64,000 bases of DNA from NCBI GenBank assembly GCA_038231135.1, contig JBBRLX010000003.1, forward strand, positions 32,001 through 96,000, given 5' to 3'. Below are positions 34,367-44,284 of the stretch, one piece after another. The translations under genes were made by a program, and so were the position numbers. The notes below the pieces were generated by a model that saw only the letters and a program-made list of their open reading frames with translations, did not search any database and had not been told where the DNA came from. Position 1 is the stretch's first letter, and each line of letters begins with the position of its first letter. The stretch is from Candidatus Eiseniibacteriota bacterium. GTDB taxonomy: Bacteria; Eisenbacteria; RBG-16-71-46.

Positions 34367-37027
34367 ATGCACACTCATAGTCGTGTCCTCGCCGTCGCTG
34401 CGGTGTCGATCGCAGCCCTGATGTCGAGCTCGGCCGCGGGTGCGCCGTTGTTCTCAGCACCGTTCCTGGCGTTTGATGTCGGGAGGTCGGCGGACGGGTT
34501 CGCGATCGCGGACTTCAACGGGGATGGGGTGCCGGATATCGCCGTCGCGACGCGCGACGGCGTCCGGCTGTACAGGGGCGTCGGGGATGGCACGTTTGTC
34601 TCCATGACCTGGTACGACGGCAAGCCCCCGATCGCTGCCGCGGACATCAACGGAGATGGCCGGGTGGATTTTGTTTCCGCAGATCTGGACGGGAATGGGC
34701 CGGAACTGCGGCTCGGGCGCGGCGACTTTACGTTTGGATCGGATCTGCTGGGTATAACGGGAACGTCTGGCATAAGCCGCCTTGCCCTTGAGGATCTTAA
34801 CCAGGATGGCCGCCCCGACTTGCTCACCGTTCGCCAGAACGTACCACTGCTCACGATTTCTCTGTGGGACTCGGAGGGGAATGGGTGGTTCATGTTTCCT
34901 GTAACGGGTATGGACATGATGAATCCAAGCTTGGTAGTTGGCGACCTCAACGGCGATGGCAGACGCGACATCGCGATGGCGGGAGGGCCAGGAGTCGTCA
35001 CGCTCATGGGCCTGGGCACCGGAGCGTTCGCCACGCGGGTGGAATGGCCCGTCAACACCCCGGCGAATCGCGTGGCGATCGGCGACGTGAATGGTGACGC
35101 ATATCCCGACGTGGTGTTCTGGGGTCCAGCCTCCGCACCCGTGGCATTCCTGCCGGGCCGCGGCGACGGCACTTTCGGGGCGGAACAGGAAATGCGCATT
35201 CCCGGCGTGTCTGGGGAACTCTCGATTGCCGACGTGAATGGTGACGGCCGCGCGGACATCGTCGTAACGAGCCCCTCAACGTGCAGGCTAACGACCTATC
35301 TCCAGGATGCGAGCGGTGCGTTCGACGCAGGGCACGACTCTGACGCCGGCTCCGGGCCCCGCACTCTAGCGATGGCTGACGTCAACGGCGACGGGCGGAT
35401 TGACGCGGTGGTGGGGGACATGACGTCGAACTCGTTCGCGGTGCTCCTCGGACAAGCGAACGGCCAGCTGGGTTGTGTCGGTATTCCCGTGGATCATCCG
35501 AGCGATGTCACCCTTGCAGATCTCGACCGCGACGGCCACATCGACCTGCTCAGCGCATGTGACAGCACCGGCCAAGTGGAGGTCCGCCGGGGAAACGGCA
35601 ATGGCGCGTTCGGCGCGCCCACGGGGTACGCAGTGGGCGCGGGGGTTTCGTCCATCGTGACCGGGGACTTCGATGGTGACGGTGTTCTCGACCTCGCGAT
35701 GGCCGGCAACGACTCCGTGGTCACGCTACACGGCCGCGGAGACGGCACGTTCGACGCTCCTGTCCACTTCGCCGCCCCGTCGCCCTCTCGCTGCATCGTC
35801 GGCGATCTCGACCGCGACGGCGTACCAGATCTGGTCGTATGCAGTCAGAGCACAAATAGCGTGACCACCCTGCGCGGCCACGGGGACGGGACGTTCACGA
35901 GCCTTGGGGGTTTCGCTACGGGCGCGTCGCCGGCCGAGCCGGTGCTCGCCGACTGGAACGGCGATGGGTATCTCGATCTTGCGGTCGTGAACCAAGCTTC
36001 GAACTCAGTTTCGATGTTGCTCGGGCGCGGGGATGGTGGCTTTGAGCCTGCTCGCGACATCGCCGTCGGCGTGGGGCCCTTGGATATCGTCGCGGCGGAT
36101 GCCGATCACGACGGTCGCATGGACCTGATTGTCGCCCTCGCCGGCGACTCCCGTACGCCGCGGCAGATCGTATTCCTGCGCGGGCAGGGCGACGGGTCGT
36201 TCGGGCTGGGCGTCGCGTTCGGTGTGGGGGACTACGCGCGCATGCTGGCGGTGGCGGACTTTGATGCCGATGGATCGATCGATGTCGCTGCGACGAGCCC
36301 ATTCACGCAGACGGTGTCCGTGTACCGTGGCGCGGGCAATGGTACGTTCGCGCCGAAGCAGGACTTCGGCACCGGCCCGTATGCGAATCGATTGGCCGTC
36401 GGCGATGTCAACAGCGACGGCCTGCCTGACCTTGCCATCGCCACCACGTACCCGGGCGCGGTAACGCTCCTGCTCAACACGAATATCGACTACCCGACAC
36501 CGGTCGCACTCTCGTTCATCGACGCCACATGGACCGCCGATGGCGTTACGCTGCGTTGGGCTTCGAGCAATAGTGCTGCCATCACCATCGAGCGCAGCGA
36601 CGCGCCCATGGGGCCGTGGATGAAAATCAACTCGAACGTGGAGGTCATGGACGACATCTTCACCGCGGTAGATCGCGACGCGGACCGCGCGCATTCGCAC
36701 TACTACCGAATCGTTGCCGGTACCGCCGCCTCGGAGGCGGTGTTCGTCGAGGCCCCACGCACCGCCGCGCTCGCGCTCTCAGTCGCACCGAATCCCGCGC
36801 GACGGATCGCGACGATCTCTTACACCCTTTCACGTCCCGGCCGAGTCCGCCTTACGGTTGCCGATGTTCAGGGCCGTGTCATTGCTCGGCCCGTGGACGT
36901 GATGCAACCTGCCGGGGCGCATGAGGTCCGATTCGACATGGGCGCGCATATTAGAGCCGGTATTGCGTTCGTTCGGCTTGAGGCAGAGGGCCGTCAACTA
37001 ACGAGGCGCTACGTTCTGGCGCCCTAA
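34367..37027 (+). CDS. FG-GAP/VCBS repeat secreted protein with T9SS/FlgD-like C-terminal domain
   Basis: Signal peptide, about 13 D(F/L/V)NGDG..D repeats with G.GDGTF, PTPVAL..VTLRW module, C-terminal APNP..DVQGR..AG.H; GGAGG RBS. Confidence 0.88.
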   Translation: MHTHSRVLAVAAVSIAALMSSSAAGAPLFSAPFLAFDVGRSADGFAIADFNGDGVPDIAVATRDGVRLYRGVGDGTFVSMTWYDGKPPIAAADINGDGRVDFVSADLDGNGPELRLGRGDFTFGSDLLGITGTSGISRLALEDLNQDGRPDLLTVRQNVPLLTISLWDSEGNGWFMFPVTGMDMMNPSLVVGDLNGDGRRDIAMAGGPGVVTLMGLGTGAFATRVEWPVNTPANRVAIGDVNGDAYPDVVFWGPASAPVAFLPGRGDGTFGAEQEMRIPGVSGELSIADVNGDGRADIVVTSPSTCRLTTYLQDASGAFDAGHDSDAGSGPRTLAMADVNGDGRIDAVVGDMTSNSFAVLLGQANGQLGCVGIPVDHPSDVTLADLDRDGHIDLLSACDSTGQVEVRRGNGNGAFGAPTGYAVGAGVSSIVTGDFDGDGVLDLAMAGNDSVVTLHGRGDGTFDAPVHFAAPSPSRCIVGDLDRDGVPDLVVCSQSTNSVTTLRGHGDGTFTSLGGFATGASPAEPVLADWNGDGYLDLAVVNQASNSVSMLLGRGDGGFEPARDIAVGVGPLDIVAADADHDGRMDLIVALAGDSRTPRQIVFLRGQGDGSFGLGVAFGVGDYARMLAVADFDADGSIDVAATSPFTQTVSVYRGAGNGTFAPKQDFGTGPYANRLAVGDVNSDGLPDLAIATTYPGAVTLLLNTNIDYPTPVALSFIDATWTADGVTLRWASSNSAAITIERSDAPMGPWMKINSNVEVMDDIFTAVDRDADRAHSHYYRIVAGTAASEAVFVEAPRTAALALSVAPNPARRIATISYTLSRPGRVRLTVADVQGRVIARPVDVMQPAGAHEVRFDMGAHIRAGIAFVRLEAEGRQLTRRYVLAP

Positions 37028-37099
37028 CCCAGACGAAGACAACGGCCGCCCGCTGAGTGGACGTTTTCTCCTGCTCGCGATTGACCTCTGACAGCCATC

Positions 37100-37361
37100 G
37101 CCTGGCTACCCGCCGCGCGGTTCCCTCACGACCTCGCTAGCTGCGACAGCAGATACGTATGGGCGCGCCCTGTTCCCGCATCTTCATCGCGATGGGAACG
37201 GTGACGAAGCCGGCCAGCAGCTTTTTGGTCTTGAGCGCCTCGATGATGGACGGGAACTCGGCGAAACGGATGGCGTCGAATTCCGTGCCGGTCGTGCTCG
37301 TGCGGGAGGCGAAGTCGGTGACGGGGCAGGTGAGATGGCAGGTCACCGGCAGGAACGCCAC
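37100..37361 (-). pseudogene. Fragment of a NitT/TauT-type ABC substrate-binding protein
   Basis: AFLPVTCHLTCPVTDF...FAEFPSIIEAL...PIAMKMREQG, then an early stop; 5' end abuts the IS5 remnant. Confidence 0.55.
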
Positions 37362-37392
37362 CTCGAGGGGCTGGCGGTGTCCCTCACGTTCG

Positions 37393-37714
37393 CTACGAAG
37401 CGGTTCTCCATGGCGGGATCTTCCGGAGCGCTACGGACCGTGGCAGACGGTGTTTCATCAGTTCAACTCCTGGCGCCGCGCCGGGGTCTTTGACCGGGTG
37501 ATGGCAGCCCTGCAGATCCGGCTGGATGTGGAGGGCCACATCGACTGGGATCTCTTCTGCGTGGACGGCTCCAACATCCGAGCCTCCCGCGCGGCCGCAG
37601 GGGCCGGAAAAAGGGGGCCCCACGGAGCCCAAAGACCACGCACTGGGTCGCTCGCGCGGCGGATTCGGGAGCAAGATCCATGTGGTCGCTGACGGTCACG
37701 GAGTCCCCCTCGCC
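37393..37714 (+). mobile_element. IS5-family transposase remnant
   Basis: LRSGSPWRDLPERYGPWQTV..F..W..GVF, VDGSNIRA, then after AAAAAGGGGG (37608-37617) LGRSRGGFGSKIHV..DG.G.PL; both ends missing. Confidence 0.85.
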
Positions 37715-38379
37715 GACGGTCCCACGATCGCGACGAATTCTCCGCGGGCGATGTCGAGCGAGAGATCGTGAATCGCTTCGAGCGGGTCGAATCGGCGGCA
37801 GACCCCGCGCAACTTCAGAACCTCATGCCTCACGGCACACCGCCCGCCGTGGTTCCATACGACTCCGCGTTCTACCGCTCATAGCCCCACCGCACGCTGG
37901 GGATGCGCGTCAGCTTCACGAGGGGGCGGTCCATGATGACGCGCCGACCAGCCCGATCAGGATCATGCCCCACGACCAGCAGGTCCGGGCGCAGCGCGTT
38001 CCGGGCCCGCTCACGAGTTCCTCTCGAAACCCCTGGACGACTTCCATGGGTGAGGGCACGGAACCGGGGGGAAACACGCGCGCGCGGCTGCACAGCGTCC
38101 AGAGGATCACGGCAGCCGCGGGGAAGACCAGCGGAAGCAGCCTCCGTTAAGAATGCTGACCGGGTCCGTCTGGGATCGCCCACCGGGGTCTTCACACGCC
38201 TTGGATAGGGCAGAACGGCCGAGGTGCGTATCTGCCGGGCCCGGTCGGAATTTCTGCCATGGATCACCCAAATCGATCCCCGGAGGGGCTTTGGGGAACC
38301 TTGTTCCGGCTTTCGCCGTAATCCCCTTGCGAAGGGTGGTCCCGCGTAACATCTTGGCGTCGGAGAGACTGGAGGCTGG

Positions 38380-39654
38380 ATGGCGATGAAGAGGAAATTC
38401 TGGATCATCACCGGGGGGGCCGTAGCGGTCCTCCTTATCGTCGGTGTCCTGGCCGCCCGCGGCCGCGGTCAGAAGCCGTTGGGGGTTCAAACCGCCAAAG
38501 TGGACCGCCAGAAGATCGTCCAGAAGGTCAGCGCGACGGGAAAGATCCAGCCCAAGACCAAGGTCGACATCAGCGCCGACGTGAGCGGGAAGATCGAGAA
38601 ACTGCCCGTCGTCGAGGGGCAGTGGGTCGAGAAGGGCGCGTTCCTCATCGGACTGGCGCGCGAGCGCTACCTCGCCGCGGTCGAGAGCGCCGTCGCCAAC
38701 GTCAGCGCCGCCCAGGCCAACGCGGCGCTGGTGAACGAGAACCTGACCCGCACCAAGAACGAGTTCGAGCGATCCAAATCGCTGCTGGCGAGTGGCAACG
38801 AGTCGAAGGCGGCCTACGAGTCGAAGCAAGCCGACCACATGGTCGAGGTCGCGCGCTACAAGTCCGCGCAGGATCAGGTCGCGCAGGCCTCCGCTGCGCT
38901 CAAACAGGCTCGCGACGATCTGGCCAAGACCACGATCTACGCACCCATGGCGGGGACGATCAGCGCGCTGAACAAGGAGCAGGGCGAGATCGCGCTGGGC
39001 TCCCAGTTCCAGAAGGACGTCATCCTCGTGATCGGCGACCTCACGCAGATGGAGGCGCAGGTGAACGTCGACGAGAACGACGTCGGGTCGATCGCCATCG
39101 GCCAGAAGGCCGAGATCCAGGTCGATGCCCTGCCCGGCCGCATGCTGACGGGCGTCGTGTCCGAGATCTCGAGCAGCGCGAACACCTCGGGCAACGGCAC
39201 CACGGAGCAGAAGACCGAATTCGCCGTCAAGATCAGTGTCACCGACCCTCCCAAGGATCTGCGCCCCGGCATGACGGCCAGCGCCGAAATCATCACGAAG
39301 ACGGAGGACCGGGCGCTGAGCGTTCCCATCCAGAGCGTCGCGGTCCGCACCATCGATCAACTCGAGAAGAAGGGCGAGAAGCGCAAGGACGCGGAGCAGC
39401 GCTACAAGGCCGACAAGGACGGCTTCGCGGAGATCGTGTTCTGCGTGGAGAGCGGCAAGGCCACGGCGAAGCAGGTCAAGACCGGGATCCAGAGCGAGAA
39501 CCTGATCCAGATCCTCGAGGGCCTCAAGGAGGGCGACGAGGTCGTCACCGGCAGCTACCGGGCGATCTCGAAGGACCTCGTGAACGGCGCCGTGGTGACG
39601 ATCAGCAAGGAGCCGTTGAAGGACGGCGGCGACAAGGGGGCGAAACCCGAATGA
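38380..39654 (+). CDS. MacA-like periplasmic adaptor subunit
   Basis: VSATGKIQP, ISADVSGKI, coiled hairpin, TIYAPMAGTI, VDENDV, LRPGMTA, VKTGI, GLKEGDEVVTG; start 38380 or 38386. Confidence 0.9.
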   Translation: MAMKRKFWIITGGAVAVLLIVGVLAARGRGQKPLGVQTAKVDRQKIVQKVSATGKIQPKTKVDISADVSGKIEKLPVVEGQWVEKGAFLIGLARERYLAAVESAVANVSAAQANAALVNENLTRTKNEFERSKSLLASGNESKAAYESKQADHMVEVARYKSAQDQVAQASAALKQARDDLAKTTIYAPMAGTISALNKEQGEIALGSQFQKDVILVIGDLTQMEAQVNVDENDVGSIAIGQKAEIQVDALPGRMLTGVVSEISSSANTSGNGTTEQKTEFAVKISVTDPPKDLRPGMTASAEIITKTEDRALSVPIQSVAVRTIDQLEKKGEKRKDAEQRYKADKDGFAEIVFCVESGKATAKQVKTGIQSENLIQILEGLKEGDEVVTGSYRAISKDLVNGAVVTISKEPLKDGGDKGAKPE

Positions 39655-40889
39655 GCGCGCCGGTCGCGTTCCAGGAGTCGATTCCGATTGCCATCGACGC
39701 GCTGCGCGCCAACAAGGCGCGCGGGGCCCTGACGACGCTCGGCATCATCATCGGCATCGTCGCGGTCGTGCTCACGATGACGGCCGCGAACGGGCTCCAG
39801 AACAAGTTCCGCGAGAGCTTCTCGTCGGTCGGCACCGACGTCATCTACGTGTCGCGCATGCCGTGGGTCGTGCTGAACGACTTCTTCAAGTATCGCAACC
39901 GCCCGGGCATCGCGCTGCGGGAGGCTCGCGCACTCGAGGACCGGTTCCGCGGCCAGGCGATCGTGAACCCGACGGTGAACGGCCAGCGCGACGTGAAGTT
40001 CCGGGATCAGACGATGGATGGCGTCACCATCATCGGCACCACCGAGAAGCAGTCCGTCATCTCGAGCGCGCTGCCGCAGACCGGGCGCTTCCTGCTGCCG
40101 TTCGACGTCGCCTACAAGCGCGACGTCTGCGTCATTGGCTCCGAGATCCAGAAGAGCCTGTTCGGCGCCGTTCCCCCCATCAACAAACAGATGATGATCG
40201 GACGCACCACGTTCCGGGTGATCGGCGTGATGGAGAAGCAGGGCGGCAGCTTCCTCGGCGGGCCCAACTTCGATCGCCAGATCTTCATCCCCATAACCTC
40301 CTACATGCGGGCGTTCAGCGGTGGCCAGGGCCACGAGGACGTCAACATCGCCGTCAAGGCGCCGCGCCAGGAGGGGCTGAGCGATCTCGAATACAACGTC
40401 ATCGGCCAGATGCGGACGATCCGCCGGCTGCGGCCGATCACGTCCGACAACTTCTCGATCAACAAGCTGGACACGCTGGTCGGGACGTTCAACAACGTGA
40501 TGGGCGTGCTGCTGCTCGTGGGCCTCGTGGTGACGAGCATCTCGCTGTTCGTCGGCGCCGTGGGAGTGATGAACGTCATGTTCGTCACGGTCACCGAGCG
40601 CACCCGCGAGATCGGCATCCGCAAGGCGATCGGCGCCACGCGGCGCAGCATCCTGCTGCAGTTCCTGTGCGAGTCCTCCATCATCGGCCTGCTGGGCGGC
40701 GCGATCGGGATCGCGCTCTCGGTGATCCTGACCGCGGTGATCAACGCGGTGCTGATGCCCGCGGCCGTGTCGTGGCCGATCGTCGCGGTCGCCGTCGTGG
40801 TCTCGGCGGGAGTCGGCATCCTCGCCGGCGTGGCGCCGGCCTGGCGTGGGGCGAGTCTGGACCCCGTCGAAGCGCTGCGCTATGAGTGA
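39651..40889 (+). CDS. MacB-type ABC permease
   Basis: LTTLGIIIGI, GVMNVMFVTVTERTREIGIRKAIGA, LDPVEALRYE. Confidence 0.92.
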   Translation: MSAPVAFQESIPIAIDALRANKARGALTTLGIIIGIVAVVLTMTAANGLQNKFRESFSSVGTDVIYVSRMPWVVLNDFFKYRNRPGIALREARALEDRFRGQAIVNPTVNGQRDVKFRDQTMDGVTIIGTTEKQSVISSALPQTGRFLLPFDVAYKRDVCVIGSEIQKSLFGAVPPINKQMMIGRTTFRVIGVMEKQGGSFLGGPNFDRQIFIPITSYMRAFSGGQGHEDVNIAVKAPRQEGLSDLEYNVIGQMRTIRRLRPITSDNFSINKLDTLVGTFNNVMGVLLLVGLVVTSISLFVGAVGVMNVMFVTVTERTREIGIRKAIGATRRSILLQFLCESSIIGLLGGAIGIALSVILTAVINAVLMPAAVSWPIVAVAVVVSAGVGILAGVAPAWRGASLDPVEALRYE

Positions 40890-40912
40890 CCACGAACGCA
40901 GGAGGGCAGCGT

Positions 40913-42160
40913 ATGCGCGTTCCTGATGTCCTCGCGATGTCGCTCCAGGCGATTGTCGCCAACAAGCTCCGCTCGGTGCTGACGCTGGTCGGAATCGTCG
41001 CGGGCGTGGCCTCGATCATCGCCGTGATGACCGGGATCTCGATCGTCCAGAGCGCGTTGGAGCGCGAGATGAGCGTGCTGGGAGCGCAGACGTTCCAGGT
41101 TCAGAAGTGGCCCGCCGGCGGGTTCGGCGGCGATGCGGCGCGCCGCAAGGCGATGCGCCGTCCGCCGCTCACGCTCGCGGACGCCCAGGCCGTCCGGGAC
41201 CAGGTCACGTGCGTCGACCTCGTGGGCTCGGAGCTCTGGGACTTCGGCTACGTGGTGTCGTATCACGGCCAGTCGACGAACCCGAACGTCTCCATCTGCG
41301 GCGGCACTCCCGAATACCCGCAGAACAACACCCACTATGTCGGCCTCGGCAGGAACATCTCGCAAATGGACGTCGAGGCCGCGCGCTCCGTCGCGGTCAT
41401 CGGCTACGCGATCGCGCAGAAGCTGTTCCCGTTCACCGACCCGACGGGCAAGGACATCCGCCTCGACGGGCGCAAGTACCAGGTCGTCGGCGTGTTCGAC
41501 GAGAAGAAGTCGGCGTTCGGCGGCAACTTCGACAACTACGTCCTGATCCCGGTGTCGACGTATGTGAACGTCTACGGACTCACCGATCGCGGCGGATTCC
41601 AGCGCTCCGTCAACATCACCGTGCGCGCCAGGACGCCCGGGCAGATCACCGAGGCGATCGAGCAGACCCGCCAGGTGCTGCGGCACGTGCGCGGCCTGAA
41701 ACCCAGGGACGAGGACAACTTCGAATTCTTCAACAGCATGAGCCTGATCACCCAGTTCAACCAGATGAGCATGGGGGTCAAGCTCGGCGCGTTCATCATC
41801 GGCACGATCGCCCTGGTCGTCGCCGGCATCGGCATCATGAACATCATGCTGGTCGCGGTGACCGAGCGCACGCGCGAGATCGGCATCCGCAAGGCGCTCG
41901 GAGCCCGCTCGAAGAGCATCCTGCTGCAGTTCCTGTTCGAAGCGGTGGTGCTGTGCAACATCGGCGGCGTGATCGGCGTGATCGCCGGCTTCGGGCTCGG
42001 CAACCTCGTCACCGTGTTCACCCACTTCGACGCCAAGGTGCCGCTGGAGTGGGCGGTGATCGGCCTGGTGTTCTGCTCGGCCGTCGGCATCGTGTTCGGA
42101 TTCCTGCCGGCGCTGCGCGCGGCGCGGCTGGATCCGATCGAGGCGTTGAGGTACGAGTAA
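40913..42160 (+). CDS. MacB-type ABC permease
   Basis: NKLRSVLTLVGI, GIMNIMLVAVTERTREIGIRKALGA, LDPIEALRYE; GGAGG RBS. Confidence 0.92.
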   Translation: MRVPDVLAMSLQAIVANKLRSVLTLVGIVAGVASIIAVMTGISIVQSALEREMSVLGAQTFQVQKWPAGGFGGDAARRKAMRRPPLTLADAQAVRDQVTCVDLVGSELWDFGYVVSYHGQSTNPNVSICGGTPEYPQNNTHYVGLGRNISQMDVEAARSVAVIGYAIAQKLFPFTDPTGKDIRLDGRKYQVVGVFDEKKSAFGGNFDNYVLIPVSTYVNVYGLTDRGGFQRSVNITVRARTPGQITEAIEQTRQVLRHVRGLKPRDEDNFEFFNSMSLITQFNQMSMGVKLGAFIIGTIALVVAGIGIMNIMLVAVTERTREIGIRKALGARSKSILLQFLFEAVVLCNIGGVIGVIAGFGLGNLVTVFTHFDAKVPLEWAVIGLVFCSAVGIVFGFLPALRAARLDPIEALRYE

Positions 42161-42245
42161 CGGGGGACGGGAATCCCACGGGGTTCCAGGCCTCACCGAC
42201 GAGTTCGGACCATTCGAAGTCGCCGTAACGCTCCAGGGGGGCCCG

Positions 42246-43040
42246 ATGACCGCCTCGACATTCGACAATTCCGACGCCTACGAGCTCCTGATGGGACGGT
42301 GGAGCCGGCTCCTCGGAGTCGAGTTCGTCCGGTTCGCCGGGATCGACGACGGTGCTCGCGTGCTCGACGTGGGCTGCGGGACGGGGGCGCTCACGCAGTG
42401 CGTCATCGCTGCCCTGCCGCATGCCGAAGTCGTCGGGGTCGATCCCTCGGCTGCATTCGTCGACGCCGCCCGCCGGCGCGTTCCGGATCCGCGCGTTCGT
42501 TTCGAGGTGGGCGACGCGCAGTCACTGCAAGTGCCCGACGGCGCATTCGACTGCACGGCGTCGATGCTCGCCCTCAACTTCGTCCCCGACTACGCCCGGG
42601 CGGCCGGCGAATTCCGGCGCGTCACGCGCAGCGGGGGCCGCGTCGCGGCGTGCGTATGGGACTACGACGCCACGACGATGCTGCGGCGTTTCTGGGACGC
42701 GGTGGCGTCGCTCGACGTCTCGGCCGCGATGCGCCACGAGAGCCGCATGCCGCTGTGCCGGGAGGGCGAGCTCGCGTCGCTTTGGCGGTCTGCCGGACTG
42801 GCCGAAGTGCAGGAGTCGGTGCTCGCCATCGACATGCGGTTCGCCTCGTTCGCCGACTACTGGCAGCCGTTCCTCGCGGGAGTCGGGCCGTCAGGGGCCT
42901 ATGCGGCCTCGCTGGCCCCCGACGGCCGGCGCACCCTGGAGGAGCGGCTGCGCGCGGACCTGTGGAACGACGAGCCGGAGCGTCCCCGCACGTTGTCCGC
43001 GCGGGCGTGGGCCGTTCGCGGGATCGTGCCGCAGCGATAG
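42246..43040 (+). CDS. Class I SAM-dependent methyltransferase
   Basis: YELLMGRWS, VLDVGCGTGAL, GVDPS, GDAQSL, LNFVPD, VWDY. Confidence 0.9.
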   Translation: MTASTFDNSDAYELLMGRWSRLLGVEFVRFAGIDDGARVLDVGCGTGALTQCVIAALPHAEVVGVDPSAAFVDAARRRVPDPRVRFEVGDAQSLQVPDGAFDCTASMLALNFVPDYARAAGEFRRVTRSGGRVAACVWDYDATTMLRRFWDAVASLDVSAAMRHESRMPLCREGELASLWRSAGLAEVQESVLAIDMRFASFADYWQPFLAGVGPSGAYAASLAPDGRRTLEERLRADLWNDEPERPRTLSARAWAVRGIVPQR

Positions 43041-43116
43041 CGCGCCCAGGATCCCGCGGCGCGGATCCGGTGGTCTCAGAGCCTGGCTCTCTCAGCCCCC
43101 CCGAGGACAGCCGGCG

Positions 43117-43524
43117 TCACTCGTTGTGCTTGTACTTGACGAACTCGGCGTGCACGCGCTTGGACTCCTGATCCGTGGTCACCGCGGTGCCGCTGGCGCT
43201 CCTCCGCCGATGCCGATTCCGCTCGGTCTCGTTGTAGGACGTCGACGAGCCGGTCACGATCCGGTCCAACCCTTCGATGATCACCGCGTCGGCGCCCGCC
43301 TGTTTCGCGCGTTCGATGATCTTCTGCTGCAGCTTCGAGGCGGATACCAACTCGTCGCCGGTGGCGACCAGCTGCCCGATCACGGTGTACTCGTGATGCA
43401 GGTCCTGTTCCCGAAACACCACGTCCACGTTCTGAGTGGGAGGGTAGGACTTGCCCACGTAGTCGAGATGCGCGCATCCCAGGGTCAGCATCACGAGTAC
43501 GAGAACGGCGAACATTCGCTTCAT
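43117..43524 (-). CDS. Hypothetical lipoprotein
   Basis: MKR + hydrophobic stretch + lipobox TLGC; Y.G..YPPT..VD, ERAKQAGADAVII. Confidence 0.7.
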   Translation of the reverse strand: MKRMFAVLVLVMLTLGCAHLDYVGKSYPPTQNVDVVFREQDLHHEYTVIGQLVATGDELVSASKLQQKIIERAKQAGADAVIIEGLDRIVTGSSTSYNETERNRHRRRSASGTAVTTDQESKRVHAEFVKYKHNE

Positions 43525-43760
43525 GGTGAAAACCTCACTTGCGAGGGGTTGGAATGGGGCGGAGGCGCCGCGGAGCGCAGGGACCGCTCCACCGCGGCGC
43601 TGGATCGGGTCAGATGAACCAGGTGATGCGCCGGGCCCCAATGCTCCGGATCGCCCGCAAACACCACCCGGTCGGACAGGCCCGAGAAGTACTCCGCGAT
43701 GGATTGGGCGTTCGACTCCAGGGCCTCGATGATCTCGAGCCGGGTAACGGGATGCGGCAT
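43521..43760 (-). pseudogene. Truncated DinB-family protein (N-terminal part)
   Basis: FSGLSD..F....WGPAHHLVHL resembles the DinB W(S)..H..HL motif; ends after about 79 aa. Confidence 0.5.
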
Positions 43761-44198
43761 GGTGTGGAATCTAACACCGTGCGAGGGTTCGCCGCCGGGC
43801 GCCCTCGCCCACCCACAGCGTAGGCAAAGCATTACACTTTTTACGGCAGGCATCCCCGGCACGGACGCCGGTGGGTGTGCCGAACCCCGATTCGTTCGGC
43901 GGCGGCCCATCGCGCCTGCGGTCCAGGAGCGGCCAGTTCGCCCCTAGGAGCGCCGGGTGAATCCACCCGGACGGCTCCTGTCCGGCGGTTGCCACCACCC
44001 AACCCCAGGTTGTTGCTGTCATGTTGCCAAGCATTTAGGGCCTAAGTCCTTGACCCTTGCACGAACGGTTTCGTAAGATGCCGTGCTTCGGGTTTGATCG
44101 GTTAAGCCCCGTCATTCCCCAGCAAAGGACGTCATTCCGCACGCAGGATTTGGCCTGCCGGCGGCTCATTTCAAAAATCTGCAAATGGCCCGGGTCCC

Positions 44199-44214
44199 GG
44201 GCATGAGTCTCGCT
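44199..44214 (+). promoter_or_regulatory. Candidate sigma54 (-24/-12) promoter
   Basis: GGGCATGAGTCTCGCT fits GG-N10-GC; IHF-like TCAAGGACTTA on the minus strand at 44043-44053; long relatively AT-rich intergenic region. Confidence 0.3.
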
Positions 44215-44284
44215 GGGTAACTGCCGATACCTGCACTGTCTTCGAAGATCGGAGCGGCCTGTCCACCAGGCGGTTCCGTAAGGA

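Noticed and set aside
37608..37617. AAAAAGGGGG frameshift site as a novelty
   Set aside because: A split at an A-run/G-run is normal for this IS5 subgroup, and the element is a fragment
37720..38379. Short ORFs between the IS5 remnant and macA
   Set aside because: No recognisable motifs; probably decayed sequence plus a promoter region
42161..42190. GAATCCCACGGGGTTCCA as a possible attR copy of a tRNA 3' end
   Set aside because: Does not match the tRNA-Glu end (GAATCCCCGTAGCGCTACCA) beyond 7 nt; no convincing att duplication found
43815..43850. Possible PEP-CTERM box near TTACACTTTTTACGG
   Set aside because: No clean TGT-N11-ACA dyad, and it is far from the candidate promoter
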